From the NCBI GenBank assembly GCA_023213395.1, contig CM041465.1, positions 31,441,741-31,505,740 of the forward strand: a stretch of DNA of 64,000 nucleotides, written 5' to 3'. Positions within the stretch are counted from its first letter, which is position 1; the number at the start of each line of letters is the position of its first letter. A model generated the notes under the pieces. It was not told the DNA's origin. It saw only the letters and a list, made by a program, of their open reading frames with translations, and searched no databases. Below, one piece after another: positions 1 through 13,846 of this stretch. Source of the stretch: Cycas panzhihuaensis. Taxonomy: Eukaryota; Plantae; Cycadophyta. Made by a program: the position numbers and the translations under genes.

Positions 1-542
1 AAAGGATAAGAATACCTAAGACCAATAAAATCCAAGATCATGAAGATAGTTCACTCTATTTCTAGAAATCATAAGAGCAAAACTAAAAGATAAGCAAGAC
101 TAAGATCAAAGGAGCAAGATGATACCAAAGTATGAGAAGAAGGAATTAGTCCTACTCTAAGGAATACCAGTTGATTAGCAAACTGATATCATAACATTAC
201 ACTCTAAATCTATATATGAGACATGAGGAGAGGTCTCAATATATAGACAAATTGAGGTTACCTAAAAATGTTGGATGTTTGACAAGTGGAAAACATCCAA
301 GCTACATACAATACATGTCTTGTATATTATGCATGAAGGACATGTGTCCTTTTGGGCTCTCAAGTAACCAAAGATGCATGAAGGTCCATTTAACTCTTTA
401 GTTACAATGTTATGTCACTAGGAGGAATGTGGGTGTGCACTTTATCACTTAAGTGATAAGTCACCCTATAAAGTACAAAATAATGAATGAAAGAATAAAG
501 TGAATGAAGTACATACTTAACATGTAAACATAAGGTTTAATA
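1..542 (-). repeat. LTR-like sequence related to the LTRs of element A (partial)
   Basis: The block from 425 to 542 (aatgtgggtgtgcacttt...aaacataaggtttaata) matches the ends of 7400-7497 and 23355-23463. Confidence 0.6.
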
Positions 543-569
543 GAGATAAGGTTTGAATATGTTTCAGGC

Positions 570-1300
570 CCCTCCAACAAATATTTAAACCATTTTTTAA
601 AGGATTTTAGTTGATTAAAATAAGTTCTTTAATGAGGATGATGATACTTCTTTACAAGTGCTTAAACAATTTGATATAAAAGGTTTCAAAGAGAAGCTAT
701 TTGAGTGCTAAAAGGAATACTTTAGGTGTTATACAAAGAGAACTTAAAACCTTAAAAAAGTACCAAGTGATAAATTAAGAAATGCTTTCTTATTTGTTGT
801 GCTTGATGTGGGTTTATTTTGAAGTAAAAAAATGACCACTAAATGCAACTTTTAATTAAATGCACCAAGAAAACATGCCACCAAGATAATGTTAGTTCTT
901 TTAATCAGATACCCCAAGAGAACACACCACGAAGACAATGTTAGGACTTTAAATAATTCTAACTTACTCCAAAATATATGATTTTTTTATTAAAAAAGTG
1001 ATTTTTAGGGCCCCTTTTATGACTAGGGCATGAAGGTCACCATGTAGGGAGCCTTAAAAACACCTATGCAATATGAATTTCTCACTATAAGTATAGAAAA
1101 TGACTAAAATCACTTGTTTTTAGTTAAATAACACACTTACACTTTTTTTAATATGTTAATAAGCTCAAACAATAAGAAAAGGCTAAAATTTAACTTAAAA
1201 GTGATTAAATAACATTAAAAATCACTTAAAATGAAAAACTTTATAAAATAAAGTTTGATTAAAAAAGGAATATGCTTGGTATATCCACTTTAATATAGCC
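570..1300 (-). repeat. Copy of the element A internal leader region
   Basis: Colinear similarity to 12110-12396 joined to 22162-22560, i.e. the element A leader without the B insertion (e.g. ctttacaagtgctt, aagacaatgttaggacttta). Confidence 0.7.
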
Positions 1301-1479
1301 TAAAGTTAAATTTATAAAGTCCAATGATGATAAATTATAAAATTAAATTATTCATCCTTCTAATTTGATCATTGCAAATGTAAACTAGACAAATTCTACT
1401 AAACTATAAGTTAAAAAAGTATTTCTTAGTATTTGTGATGTATAGATATATTACATTATATTTGATTTTGTTTTGAGAA

Positions 1480-4400
1480 CAAAGGCCCTTATAATTTATT
1501 ATCCCATGATCACATAGGGTATAAAGGAGTTAGGCCAGTTTCTAACTCACATAGGAGCCTATTGACAAAACAAAAAACACTTTTCTATAGTAATATTTTA
1601 TGTTCTTCACAATGAGCATGGTCATATGATATTTTTTGGCTCCTTGTGTGGTGTCTAATGAATTTGATATTTTGTCAACACTTTATGAAGTAACTAAAAA
1701 CCCATAGTTAGTACTTAATAAAAATGAGTGTATGATATCTATAGACTATTTAATGCCCACAACTCTTTTGTATTTTTCTTTTATTATTATGTCATATTTT
1801 GTATTAAATATGGGTTGAAGATACTTATTTCATTGTTCAAATGAACTACCTCAAACTTCTTATCTCTTACATTTTGGTCAATAGCATAAAAAAGGACCTA
1901 GGGATGTATGATATGACAACTCAAGTGTCTCCAAATATATGACATGTAGACTAGAATGATTCAGATGTATGTGGAAAGCCATTAGCCATACGATTGTCTT
2001 AGGTGATAAAAATATATACAGTGTCAAAGGCATAGGAGAAGTCCTAATAATTACTCTTGATTGTAATGATTACTATATGGAGAATGTCTTATATGTACCA
2101 GGTTTGAAAATAAATATAATTTCTATCAGCGAAATATAGGACAATCAGATGAGTGTTCTCTTTAAAGATAGAAAAGTTATTATCAATGATCAAGAAGGAT
2201 ACTTGTGAACCTTATATATTTGGAAAGCAGCACAAGGAAAAGTTTTCTAAAGGAAATACATGGAGAACAATTGAAAATTTGAGCCTGATCCACTATGATA
2301 TATGTGATCTTATGTTGACCACTTCACTTAGAGGTATAAAGGTTTATCCTTTGAAGGAAAAATCTTAGGCATTCGATATGTTTAAAGAATTTGAAGTAAA
2401 AGTGGAGAATTAAGTAGACAAATAAACAAGATACTAAGATCAAATAATAGGGGTGAATACAAATCTAAAGTATTTAGCTAATTTTATAATGATCATGGCA
2501 TAAAGAAGCAGTTAACAACTACATATACTCCTTAGCAAAATAAAGTAGCTAAGAGGATGAATAGAACTTTGGTTGATAAGGCTAAGATAATAATGAAGGC
2601 CAAGAACCTTTCAAACATCTTTTGGGTCAATGTGGTTTGTATAATAGCATACTTGATAAACAAGAGTATAAGTAAAGTTGTAAGGAATAAAATACCTAAA
2701 GAAACATAGCTAGGTCATAAACCTAAAATTAACCATCTCAAAATCTTTGGAAGTAATGCATATATGAATGCTCCCAAATAAAAACGTCAAAAGTTTGATG
2801 ATAAAAGTTCCAAGTGCATTCTTATTAGCTACAGTGAAAAAAGTAAAGCATACTGTGTGTATGAATTAACATCTAAAAAGATGTATATTATTTGGGATGT
2901 TATCTTTGAAGAGGAACAAGCTTTAGATCTGATTCAAAACCTCTATATTCTAAAGATATGGCAAGACAAAGGAAAGTAGATTGAGGAACAACCTAAAGCA
3001 AGTTCTTCGAGACGATAATTTATCGAACCTAAAATTGAGCCAAAAAATGAGAAAGAATTTGAAGAGGAGTTTGAAGATGCTTAGGAAACCTAGTCAGAAC
3101 CTAAGGTAGCTCCACCTATTAAAAAAAATTCTAAGTGGTTTTTAAAAATCATATGTGAATCTCACTTACCTAAGATAGAAGGTAAATGAAAGTCAAAGAT
3201 GAGGCTAGATATGATTAATTTTTCCTTAATAGTAAATGTATTAGATATTAAGAGCCTTCAAGTTTTAAAGAGGCCAACTAGCAATAGAAATTGAAGACAG
3301 TTATGGTTGTTGACATTTGTGTTGTTGAGTAGAACTAAGCTTGGAATTTGGTTTATTTACCAGTAAGTAAGCAGGCAATTGGTTGTAAATAGGTCAGAAG
3401 ACCAAATTTAGATCAAATAGAACTGTTGATAGACATAAGGCTAGATTATTAGCCAAAGGATTTAAGTAGATAGAAAATATTGATTACCATGAAAAATTTA
3501 CTCTAGTAGCAAAGATAGTAATGATTAGACTAATACTAGTTATAACTACTCAATTCAAATGGCAATTACACCAATTTGATGTCAATAATACCTTCCTTAA
3601 TGGAGATCTTGCAAAAGAGGTTTATATGGAGCAACTACTTGGATATATTTCCAAGGGAAAAGAGCACTTATTATGTCACTTAAAGAAGGCTTTATATGGT
3701 CTTAAATAAGCCTTAAGAGCCTTGTATTCCAAGATCGATCAATATTTTCTAAATAATGAATTTGAGAGATCACTAACAAGTCTAAACATGTGTATTAAGG
3801 TTCAAGAAACTTCTGTCATATTTGTAATTTTGTATGTAGTTGATCTTATGATCATAGGGAACAATACCCCACAGGTTGAAAGCTAGAAGAATGATCTTAA
3901 GAAGACATTTGAAATGATAAATTTTGGATTGCTCTATGAACTTTTGGGAATAGAAATATGGCAAAAACTTAAAAAGATCTTTATTTTATAGGTTAAGTAT
4001 GTAAGGGAAATCCTAAAGAAATTTAGAATGGAGGATTATAAAATTGTTCAAATCTCCATGGAAATAGGTTTAAAGTTAATAGCTCTAGATGATAATAATG
4101 ATGACCAAGTTGATAGCATAATGTTTGGATAGCTAGTTGGTAGTTTAATTTATTTGACTACTACTAGATCTGATATCTCTTTTGCAATTGGTATGGTGTC
4201 AAGTTTCATGGTTGAGTCAAAGTAGAGCCATTAGAAAGCTGCAAAGAGGATCTTGAGATATTCGTAGGAACACTATAATTTGGATTGGAGTTTATCCAAA
4301 ATGACAATTTCAGGCTAATTAGATATTCAGATTCTAATTATGTTAAATGTGAGAATAGTAGAAGGTCCACATCATGTCATTACTTCAGTATGAGTTCTTT

Positions 4401-5073
4401 TGTTGTCACTTAGAATAGTAAAAGATAGCCTAATATTATTTTATTGTCTACTAAGTAGGAATATAAATCTATTATTATAACTACTTGTGAGGCCATTTAG
4501 TTGAAGTAGGTACTTGGTGATTTGGAACTATATCAAGAAAAGGCAACTACATTATACTGTGATAAGCAAAGTACTTTGAAGATTACCAAGAATCTAGTAT
4601 TCCATGCATGCACCAAACACATCAAGATACATCATCATTTTATCAAGGTACAAATCCAAAATAAAGAGGTTAAACTTCGATACAAACCAATAGAGAAGTA
4701 TATTGCTGATATTTTCACCAAATTTTTATTCAAGGATAAGTTTAATAAATTTAAATTTTGTATTAGTGTTAAATCTAATGATATAAACATTAAAGGGATG
4801 TGTTAGATTAATGTTCATAAGTAGACAAAATAGGAGAGGTGAGTCATAAGAGTTACTAAAATCCTAAATGGACTTATGACAAGTGTCAAGGCAGTAATGG
4901 ATTCTTTTGTTAATCGTTACCGATACTAGTTGTATGTTAATCTACTATGTATTATGTGTAGATGAGAGAGTTGAGAAAAGGTTCTTAATGAACTAAATTC
5001 CTTCTTAGAGGTAGACTGATTCTACTTGTAAACCTGTGTCTATATGCTTATGTTTGGTTCCATCATTTGATCC
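1480..5073 (+). mobile_element. Degenerate Ty1/copia element A0 (gag missing, internal deletions, truncated 3' LTR)
   Basis: Protease-like start near 1905, integrase (LIHYDICD...), RT (WQLHQFDVNNTFLNGDL, LKKALYGLK), RNase H tail (HACTKHIKIHHHF, IADIFTK), PPT at 4792-4800, LTR starting TGTTAG at 4801. The LTR and upstream region are homologous to element E. Confidence 0.85.
1905..4800 (+). pseudogene. pol: copia pol (PR-INT-RT-RH) pseudogene
   Basis: ORF fragments 2153-2368, 3521-3709 and 4522-4806 carry copia motifs; many stops and frameshifts. Confidence 0.9.
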
Positions 5074-5074
5074 T

Positions 5075-7001
5075 TAAACCACAAAGAATAATATATAATG
5101 TAATTGGATATTACATCCAATAAAATAAAAGTAGTTTCTTGTAAAAAAACCATTCACTAATTCAAATAGAAACAATATGAGAAAAAAGTCATAAGAAATC
5201 TCATATCGATGCAAATACAACAAAATCAAGAAATAAATATAAATGACATAAAGTAATGAGATGTACAAAGTAATATTTAAGATTCAAGAAATTAGAAGGA
5301 AAGTATGAATAAAGAAAAATAAGAATTGATAAAATATCATTAACTTATGCCCCCAATTCCTAGTGAAACATAAGTATCAAAAACCAAAACTAGTGAAACA
5401 ATAGTCGAAGAAGCTACAAAAGCAATATGTATGCCTTAAAGGTAGGGCATAAAACACCCATTTACAGATAAAAAGCAAAATAATGAGGTCAACATCACAT
5501 GAAATAATATTAATTCTTTGGAATTATGGAAAAATCCACTAAAGACATGGCTTCTAATCCACCTCAATACACGAGAGTGTGGAGAGAGTCTAACAGATAT
5601 ATTATTCCTTAAAATGTGCTATATACATCTTAAAAGAAGTTTAAAACAAGTGATATTTTGAATTGGTTTCATTCTTGTTTTAAATTTTAATTTGTTTTAA
5701 TCTTTATAAAAGGTGTTAAAAAAGACATGAAACATAAAATCACCTAAGATTCCATAAATTTCCTTCTCTTAATCTACAGAAACACGAACAAGTGGCAGTG
5801 ATGATGATACGTGTATCTAGTAGAATGCAAAACTAATCAACAAGTGTATCTCAAGTATTCTATACATTATGTACAAAAATATCATCATGTGTAATAATAT
5901 ATTTTTAAATGGGAAGCATTGGAAAGATTTGGAAACTTATCATCTACATGAGTTGACAACCAATAGTAACCGTTATGGAAAATAATAGTAACAAGGAAAT
6001 AACCTACCCAAATAGAGATTAATTTGCCCTTAGATCTATCTATTATGGAATTAACCCTAATAACCAACTCACAAATATGAATAGTGGGAGGTTAAATAAA
6101 ATGGTTACAGAACACTTTAGCGTGTTTCTATTTTGCCTCAAGATTCTAATGAACTAATAAATGATACTCATTGAAATACTTCAAATTGAGTAAGAAAGCT
6201 TCTAATGCTTATGAATCTAACAAGTGATCTTCCAAGACAATATGAAAGAATAAAATTTTTATTTCAATAAAAGATATGGCCTCGACTTCATATATTAGAT
6301 AAAAATGTGAGTAACTAATGATTGTTTGCATCATGGTCGTATTAGCCGACAAAGTAGAATAAATTTAAAGGTGTTAATCATGTCTATATATGCTTACAAT
6401 TTCTATATGATTCAAACAAGAATTTTATTAAAAGCTTTAGCTTAGCCATCAGCTTTTGGATAATATGGTGAAGATTTAACATGGTTAATGCCAAACTTTT
6501 GATACAATTTCTAACCAACTTCATTTATAAAATGAGTGTCACAATCTAAAATAAATGTATTAGAAATTACAAAAAAATATATGATTAGTTTGAATAAAAA
6601 GATAACATCGGTGACTTTATCTACTTGATTCATAAACATAGCTTCAACCCATTTCATGAGATAGTTTATGCCAATGATAATGGATTTTTATCAATTAGAT
6701 AAGGATGGATTAGTGGGCCCAATAAAGTAGAGGTGTTATTTCAAAAATGGTCCTAAAATAAATACGATGAAGTTGAGATGGAGGTTTTAAAATATTATTT
6801 CTAAACTACTAACAATTAGAACACTATCAAGCAAATTTATGATTATACAAAAATAAGGTTGTACAATAATAACGAAACCTCATAATCTTTTTGTTAGTTG
6901 AGCAACTGGAAAAGTAACCATCACAAATGCTAAAAGGGCATGTTGAGTTAAGCATTCAATGCTAACATGAAATGATGAAGGAGATATGTTCTCTAATACC
7001 A
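5075..7001 (-). mobile_element. Leader and PBS of a truncated minus-strand copia-type element A'
   Basis: PBS-like tggtattagaga (reverse complement of 6990-7001) next to the LTR at about 7010. The plus strand of 5300-6930 reads as LRR-like snippets. Confidence 0.5.
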
Positions 7002-7519
7002 TAAAACAATGTAGGACCTCTTGAAGAGGAAGTATACTAAGAGATAAAAATGATTACTATCACATCAATAGAATTATGAGGACAAGCAAATAAGTAAGTA
7101 TAAACTCAAGCATATGAAGACAAAAGAAATAGAAGAGTAAGAATTATTCCTATCTCCAATTACAAGATTGATTTGTATTTAAATAAACAACATAATGATA
7201 CAACACCTTACTCTTTTAGCATCATCCTACTCTATATGAGAAATGGTTTCATTATATAGAGAAGAAGGAGGAACCTTAAGGGGCTGCATTTTTTACACTA
7301 GTTAAACATTCATGCCTTAACCCATGTGTACTCACATATGCAAAAGTATATGAGGGGTATTTGAACCTTCAAATCACAATATTATATGACTAAAAAGAAT
7401 GTGGGTGTGTACTTTCATATATTAGGTGGTAAAACACTCTTACATAAAGTTATAATATAAAGTGTAACACTTAATATTTAAACATAGAGGTCTAATACCC
7501 CCTCCCCCTTAATGTTTAC

Positions 7520-10500
7520 AATATTAAGTTTAACACCAAAACCACCCCTAAATTTTTTAAAATTTTCTCTACCAAGTGTCTTAGTAAAAATATTTGAAAG
7601 TTATTAGTCTGTGAGCTATAAAAGAGGTCGATCTCACCATTCTATACATGTTCCCTAATGAAGTGGTGGTGGACCTCAATGTACTTGATTCTTGCATTAA
7701 ACATTAGATTTTTAGTCAACCTGAGTATGCTTTGGTTGTAATAATACAATCTAGTTGAGTGGTCTTACTCGAATCCAAGCTCACTAAGAATCCTCTTTAA
7801 TCATATAGCCTCATAAGTTGTGATCACTACAACTTTATATTTTACTTCTGTGGAAAACAAGGTAATATTAGGTTGCTTCTTGCAACTGCATCAAACAACT
7901 CCTAACCTAAGGTTGAAGTAATATCCCAAAGTCAATCATCAATTATCTTAGTATCATACCCAATCAGAGTTCGAGAACCCCTTCAATGTAAAGTTTTCAT
8001 TATGTGTATATTATAGGCCATGTTGCAATATGCCTTTAAGAATATTACAATATATATTTGTCTATATTCTAATGCTTTTGATTAGGTTAAGACATATACC
8101 TAGAATAAATCCCAACTAAAAATGAAAGATCTGATCTAGTATTAGTCAGATAGATGAGACTACCCACTAATTATCTATATAATATAGGATCTATTGGTTC
8201 TGCTTCCTCATCAAGTGATAATTTTACATCATTCTCTATGGGTGTAAGTGAAAGTTTTCAATCCTTAATTCTAAATCACTATAAAATATCTTAAGAAGAT
8301 TTAGCTTGGGAGCTAAAGAGATAGCCTAGTTGTTGCCACACCTCCATGCCTAAAAAATAATAGAGAAGTCCAAGATCTATCATCTTAAAACTTCTCTTAA
8401 GGTCATCCTAAAGATCTTGTAGCATCTTAGTGTCATTCCCAGTGATCTTTAAGTCATTAACATACAAAATGATGAAGACAGTATGGTTATCCCTAACATT
8501 TATGTATAGATTAGGGTCTAATGAGGGTCAATGATATCCATGTCTCTAAAAATAATCATCAATTTTTTAATACCATGCTCTAGAGGCATGTTTCAATCTC
8601 TACAATGTCTTTTTAAGGTAACAAACTAAGTGTTCTTTTCCATGTAAAATATAATTAGGAGGTTACTCTAAAATATAACTCCTCTTCAAGATCACCATTT
8701 GAAAAGGCACTCTTCATGTCCATTTGATAAATTAGCCACTTACATTAAGCAGCTAAGGCCAATATTAATCTAATGGTATTTATGTTTACCACAGGTGCGA
8801 AGGTCTTCTTATAATTAATGCCTTCTTTTTATTTGAATCCCTTAGCAGCTAGTCAATCTTTATGATGCTTGATTAATCTCAAATTAGAATTTAGCTTTAT
8901 TCACCCATCTATAGCTTATTACTTATTTATCTTTATGCAATTCTACTAAATCCTAAGTTCCTTTTTTTTCAATAGAGTGAATTTTTTTATCCATGGTAGC
9001 TTTCTACTTTTCATTTGTGCATGCCTCCTCAAAATTGAAAGGCTCATCTACACAAAGTACTTCATCTGTAAGTGTATAATTGACTATTTGTTACCTCATT
9101 TTTTATAGATGTTTTCCTTCAAGTACTTGTACATCCTGTACTAACTAAGTATATAATTTTGGTAACTTCTTTATGGTTATAACTTATGCATCAACATCCT
9201 AAGCCTATAATGGCTGAACAACCTCAGAAGGACTAGCAGGTTCAAGAGGAACTGTTGAGGAAGATGGAGCTAAATATGATAAACAAGTAATAAGAGTAAA
9301 AGATAAACATGATATGGAAGATTGAGAGGGAAGGAAGTCTTCTACAATCTATTTGTCTTTATTAAGAGAAAAATGGATGGATGTCGATTCTATCTCCTCA
9401 TTACCTTATCAAAGATGGCATCTCTAAATATATGTATTTTCTTTATAATGGGATCATACAGTCTATATACTTTGCTACTAATAGAAAAACTAAAGAAATT
9501 ATATTTTAGACTTTTATCATCTAATTTCTTCCTTTGTTGTTAGAGAATGTGTATATATGCAGTGCACCCAAAAGTAGGTCAATAGATAACATTTAGATTT
9601 TTGCCATTCCAAGCCTCCTCTGGTATTATATCGGTGACTATTGTAGTAGGCCTCTTATTGGAGACATAAGCTCCTATATAAAATGTGTCTACCTAATAAG
9701 AAAGTAGAAGGACTTTTGCATGCATCATGGAGTTGACTTTGTTTGCCAAAGTCCTATTCATTTTCTTAACCACTATATTTTGTTAAGGTATGTATAAAGC
9801 AATAAGTTGTCTTCTAATCCCATTATCTTTATAAAATTTGTTGAATTCCCATGAGATAAATTCACTGCCATTGTCAAATTATAGTATTTTAATTGGAAGA
9901 TCTACTTCATTCTCCATAGCAAGTTTGAATTCTTAGAGTTTGCCTAAAGTTTCATATTTGTATTTAATAAAATAAACCCAAAATTTGTATGAGAAGTCAT
10001 CAATGAAAGTGATATAATATAATGCTCCTCCAAGAAATGGTGTGGACATAGGTCCACATAAATTTATACGTACTAGCTATAATAGTTGAGATGCACACTG
10101 TGCCTTTCCTTTAAAAAAAGACTCATAATGTTGTTTCCCTATTATATAAGCTTCACAAAGCTATTTTGATGCTAAAATATTTAAAAACCCAAATACCATA
10201 TCTTTACTAAATATTATTTTGGTGTTTTTTAGGTTTAAACAACCTAGCTTGTTATACCAAAGTTGTTTTTAGTTAGTGACTGAGAGACACAAGATGGTGA
10301 AGTATCAAGCATTATGTTTGAAGCATCTAATTTGTAAAGGCCATGGTCTTTTATGACCAATAGCAACCACTTGATTATTCTTATCATTCATAGTTATATT
10401 TCCCCTCTTAAAATAAAACATTCATCTATTGCTTATCTAACTGGCTAACAAATAGTAGGTTTTTATGATTTAAAGTCACCAAGTATCACCTATGGGAAAT

Positions 10501-11650
10501 GTAAAAATAAGGCAATCTAATGAGTAAAAGGAGGTAAATTTGTCTACTCCATATATTTGTATAGTCTTATTATTTTAAAAAATGATTATTTGCTATTTTT
10601 CTTATTTAATATCATAGAGTGAATTCTTGTCACTAGTCATATGATGACATGCTCCCAAATCAATAATCCAAGTGCTATCATTGTTTGTGATGTGATAGGG
10701 ATAAAATAGTTTGTCATCATCATTATCAAACTAATTAGTGTGTTGTTGATCACTACTTTTAAATTCCCCCCTTTCCTCTGTGACCTCTGTAAAATCCACC
10801 TTGATTTGGCTTATGAGGAGGTTGTTACTATTGTAATTGTTGTCTTTATTATTGTTATTAAGGTTGGTACTATTATCACTGCATGCCAAATAGACACTTT
10901 TGACACTCTAGATGAATGTGGCCCTTTTTGCTACAATAATGATAAATAATGTCATTAGCTTTTGAAGCGTTAATATTTAAATTGTCAAATTATTTATTAA
11001 AGTTTGATTTGAGAGTTTGTTTATCTTTGAACTTGGTTATAAATGCTCCTAAAGTAGATGGTTCATCCCAACGAGAGTAGATTTGTTGCTCTTGTAATAA
11101 AAGACTTTCAAGTTTATTGAAAATTATTATGCCAAGTGTGCCTCTTCTTATGATCGATGAAATGAAGTCGTCGTAATCCCATGGTAGTATATGAATTATG
11201 GTAGTCACAAGGTCTTTATTTGAAGTTGGTTTTCCCAATATTATTAGTTTATTATTGATACCTTTGACTAAAGACAAGAAGATAGTCATTAGCTCAACAA
11301 ATCTTAAAGTACACAAATTTGCCTTAGTCATTATAATGTGAGCATCATCTCGCCTTTTATACAAAGCAATTAAAGTATCTCAAGCTTATTTAAAAGTAAA
11401 AGTAGTTATAATATTCTGATTAATAATATTATTAATAGTTATATAAATAAATGCTAAGGTTATTTCATCCTTATCTTCCCAAGTAGTAATAAAAATAGTA
11501 TCATGATAGATAATTACAATATCATTAGTTGAACTTTTAATGGAATCATGTTTGAGATTTTCACTTGATAAGCAAATTATTTTATGATAAGTAAATTTTT
11601 TATTTTTTTTTTTCTATTCTTAAAAATTATCTTATTTAACCAACTTAATG
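7520..11650 (-). pseudogene. copia gag-pol pseudogene of element A
   Basis: Gag fragment 10990-11364, zinc knuckle near 10890-10945, integrase/RT/RH motifs on the minus strand with many stops. Confidence 0.85.
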
Positions 11651-13846
11651 TGGCTTGCATTAAGCATATTTATTATCACTATTATGTTAAAGTTATTTAA
11701 AATACTCTTGTAACTAAAAAATAACTTGGAAACTCGAGGTATTTACCACTTAAGTTCCACCTATAAACATACCAAACAACCTTGATTTTATAAGAAAGAT
11801 CTAACAACTGAAGAGTGTAATTTGAGAAGTAGAGGGCTAGACAATGAGTTAGTCCAACCTTGATCTTTTAAATAGATCTAACAGTTAACTAAGATCAATT
11901 TTAAAACAAGTGAGGTAGGGTTGATCTACAAGGATGCATCGTGCTTTCCCTAGAGTTTATAACTTTAATAACACCATTTTTCTAACCTCCTTTCCTTTAA
12001 AGAATCTCAATTGTCATGCATTGACCATATGATCAATTGGTCCCCTAGGGAATGCACCAATCTTGAGATATACAGTCAAGGTTTTAATCTTTTTTAGGCC
12101 TTTATAACAAATATTTTAAGAAATTTTTTTAAGAGTTTAAGTGCATTAAAAGAAATTGCTTAAGAGAGATGATGATGATGATGCTTTACAAGTGCTTGAA
12201 AATTTAATATAGAATGCTTCAAAAAGAAGTTGCTTGAATGTTAGAAATGATACTCTAACTATAAATAAAGAGAGTATTAAAACTTTTAAAAAGTACAAAG
12301 TGCTAAATGAAGAGATGTTGCTTACTTATAGTGCTTGAAGTAGGTTCATTTTTAAAGTGTAAAAACAACCACTTAATGCTCAATTTAATCAGTAACTATT
12401 AACATGGTGGTTAATTGTTAAGCCACTATGTTAATGTGAATGTGGTTTAACTAAGGTGATTAAGTAAAAAGATGTGACTTATTCAAAGGGTCACAACCCT
12501 AATTGGGTGACACCTCTTGCAAGAATATAAATGCCTTGAGCCCATCAGTATTTAATATACCAAATCAATTATGTAATAATCAATGTGATTTATTAAGGAT
12601 CCTTTTATCATGGGTTTTTTTCCAAAAGGGTTTCCCCACGTAAATCATGTGTATTGTACATCTATTTTTTGTGTGTACTTTTGTTTGCTTGTTGTGTATG
12701 GTTAAAGATTCTATAAACGAAAATATTTGTGTATGATTTCATATTCTCGAATATGGTATCAGATTCGTAGGGTTCTACACAGCTAAAGCCTAACATTAAG
12801 CAAAGTGGTGAGATCATTAGTTGCCAAGTGAAGTCATCAAACCCAAGACTTGTCTTGAGGGTCCATTAACTCTAACAACGTATAGAAGTAGGTATAGTAT
12901 ATCAGTGGTGGTTGAAGCCATAAAAATCATTATTCAACAAATCATAAGGGTTTATTGGAGTCAATATTTAGGTGTGAATACCATGATTGTAGTGTAAGTT
13001 AACTTGTTGAGGGCCATAAAAAGATGGTTAATAAACTATAACAGTAATTCAAGCCAGCAGAGCATGCATTAATGGTGATTCACTGACTATAAAGATAGCT
13101 AATCATGTTACACATAAGTAGGTTTTCTTTCTTAACATAGCACTGATAAAATCAAGCATTCTTTTACTATCAATATTATAATTCTATTCTAAGAGAGATT
13201 GGAGCCTTAGTCTACTATTTTTCTGCCCTTAAGATGATGGTAGGCTACACACATAGTAGTAAATACTGATATTAGATGGAGAATGAGCTTGTGCTTGAAA
13301 GTTGGTGACTCTGTATGAGTGTGAACCCATAGTTAGGCAACTATCCAGTTGATTTAAGCTTGTAATAGCCATGTAAGAGTTGGTTGGCAACTTAGTAGTA
13401 TAGTTGGGCTTGTTGCATCCCTTGTTGAGGCTTGTTTATACTAGATTAAGCATAGAATAACACTTAAGGAGTTGATTAGGTAATTTTCAAGCTATTTGAC
13501 AATCGTGTATATGTGAACAACCTTTTTTTTCCCATCTATTTATATGTGTAGGTCCATATGTGGTGTGCTGGTCTGTGGGGACATCTATGGAGTTTTACGG
13601 CTACTGCAAAAGTCAAAGAGAGTGTGGGATGTCTTTTAGATGTTAAAAGATGTGTTTTTTCTATAGTATAAACCTTAGACTATATAAAATATATTTTAGC
13701 ACATGTTTATTGGGTATTTTACCCATGTGTGTTAAGTGAAAATCCATAGGAGTATTTTAAAAAGTCACATTACTTGGGAATATGCCTTTTGGAATCTTTC
13801 CCTTTTAATATAATCTTATAAAATGACCCTTTACCATTGATATTAC

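Noticed and set aside
5074-5268. Hydrophobic small ORF, and similar ORFs at 9322, 10740 and 54684
   Set aside because: Low-complexity AT-rich sequence or antisense to pol; no independent support.
13487-13503. Sense-strand KLFDN PPR-like match in B
   Set aside because: A single opposite-strand hit that shows the chance-match background for such short motifs; not counted.
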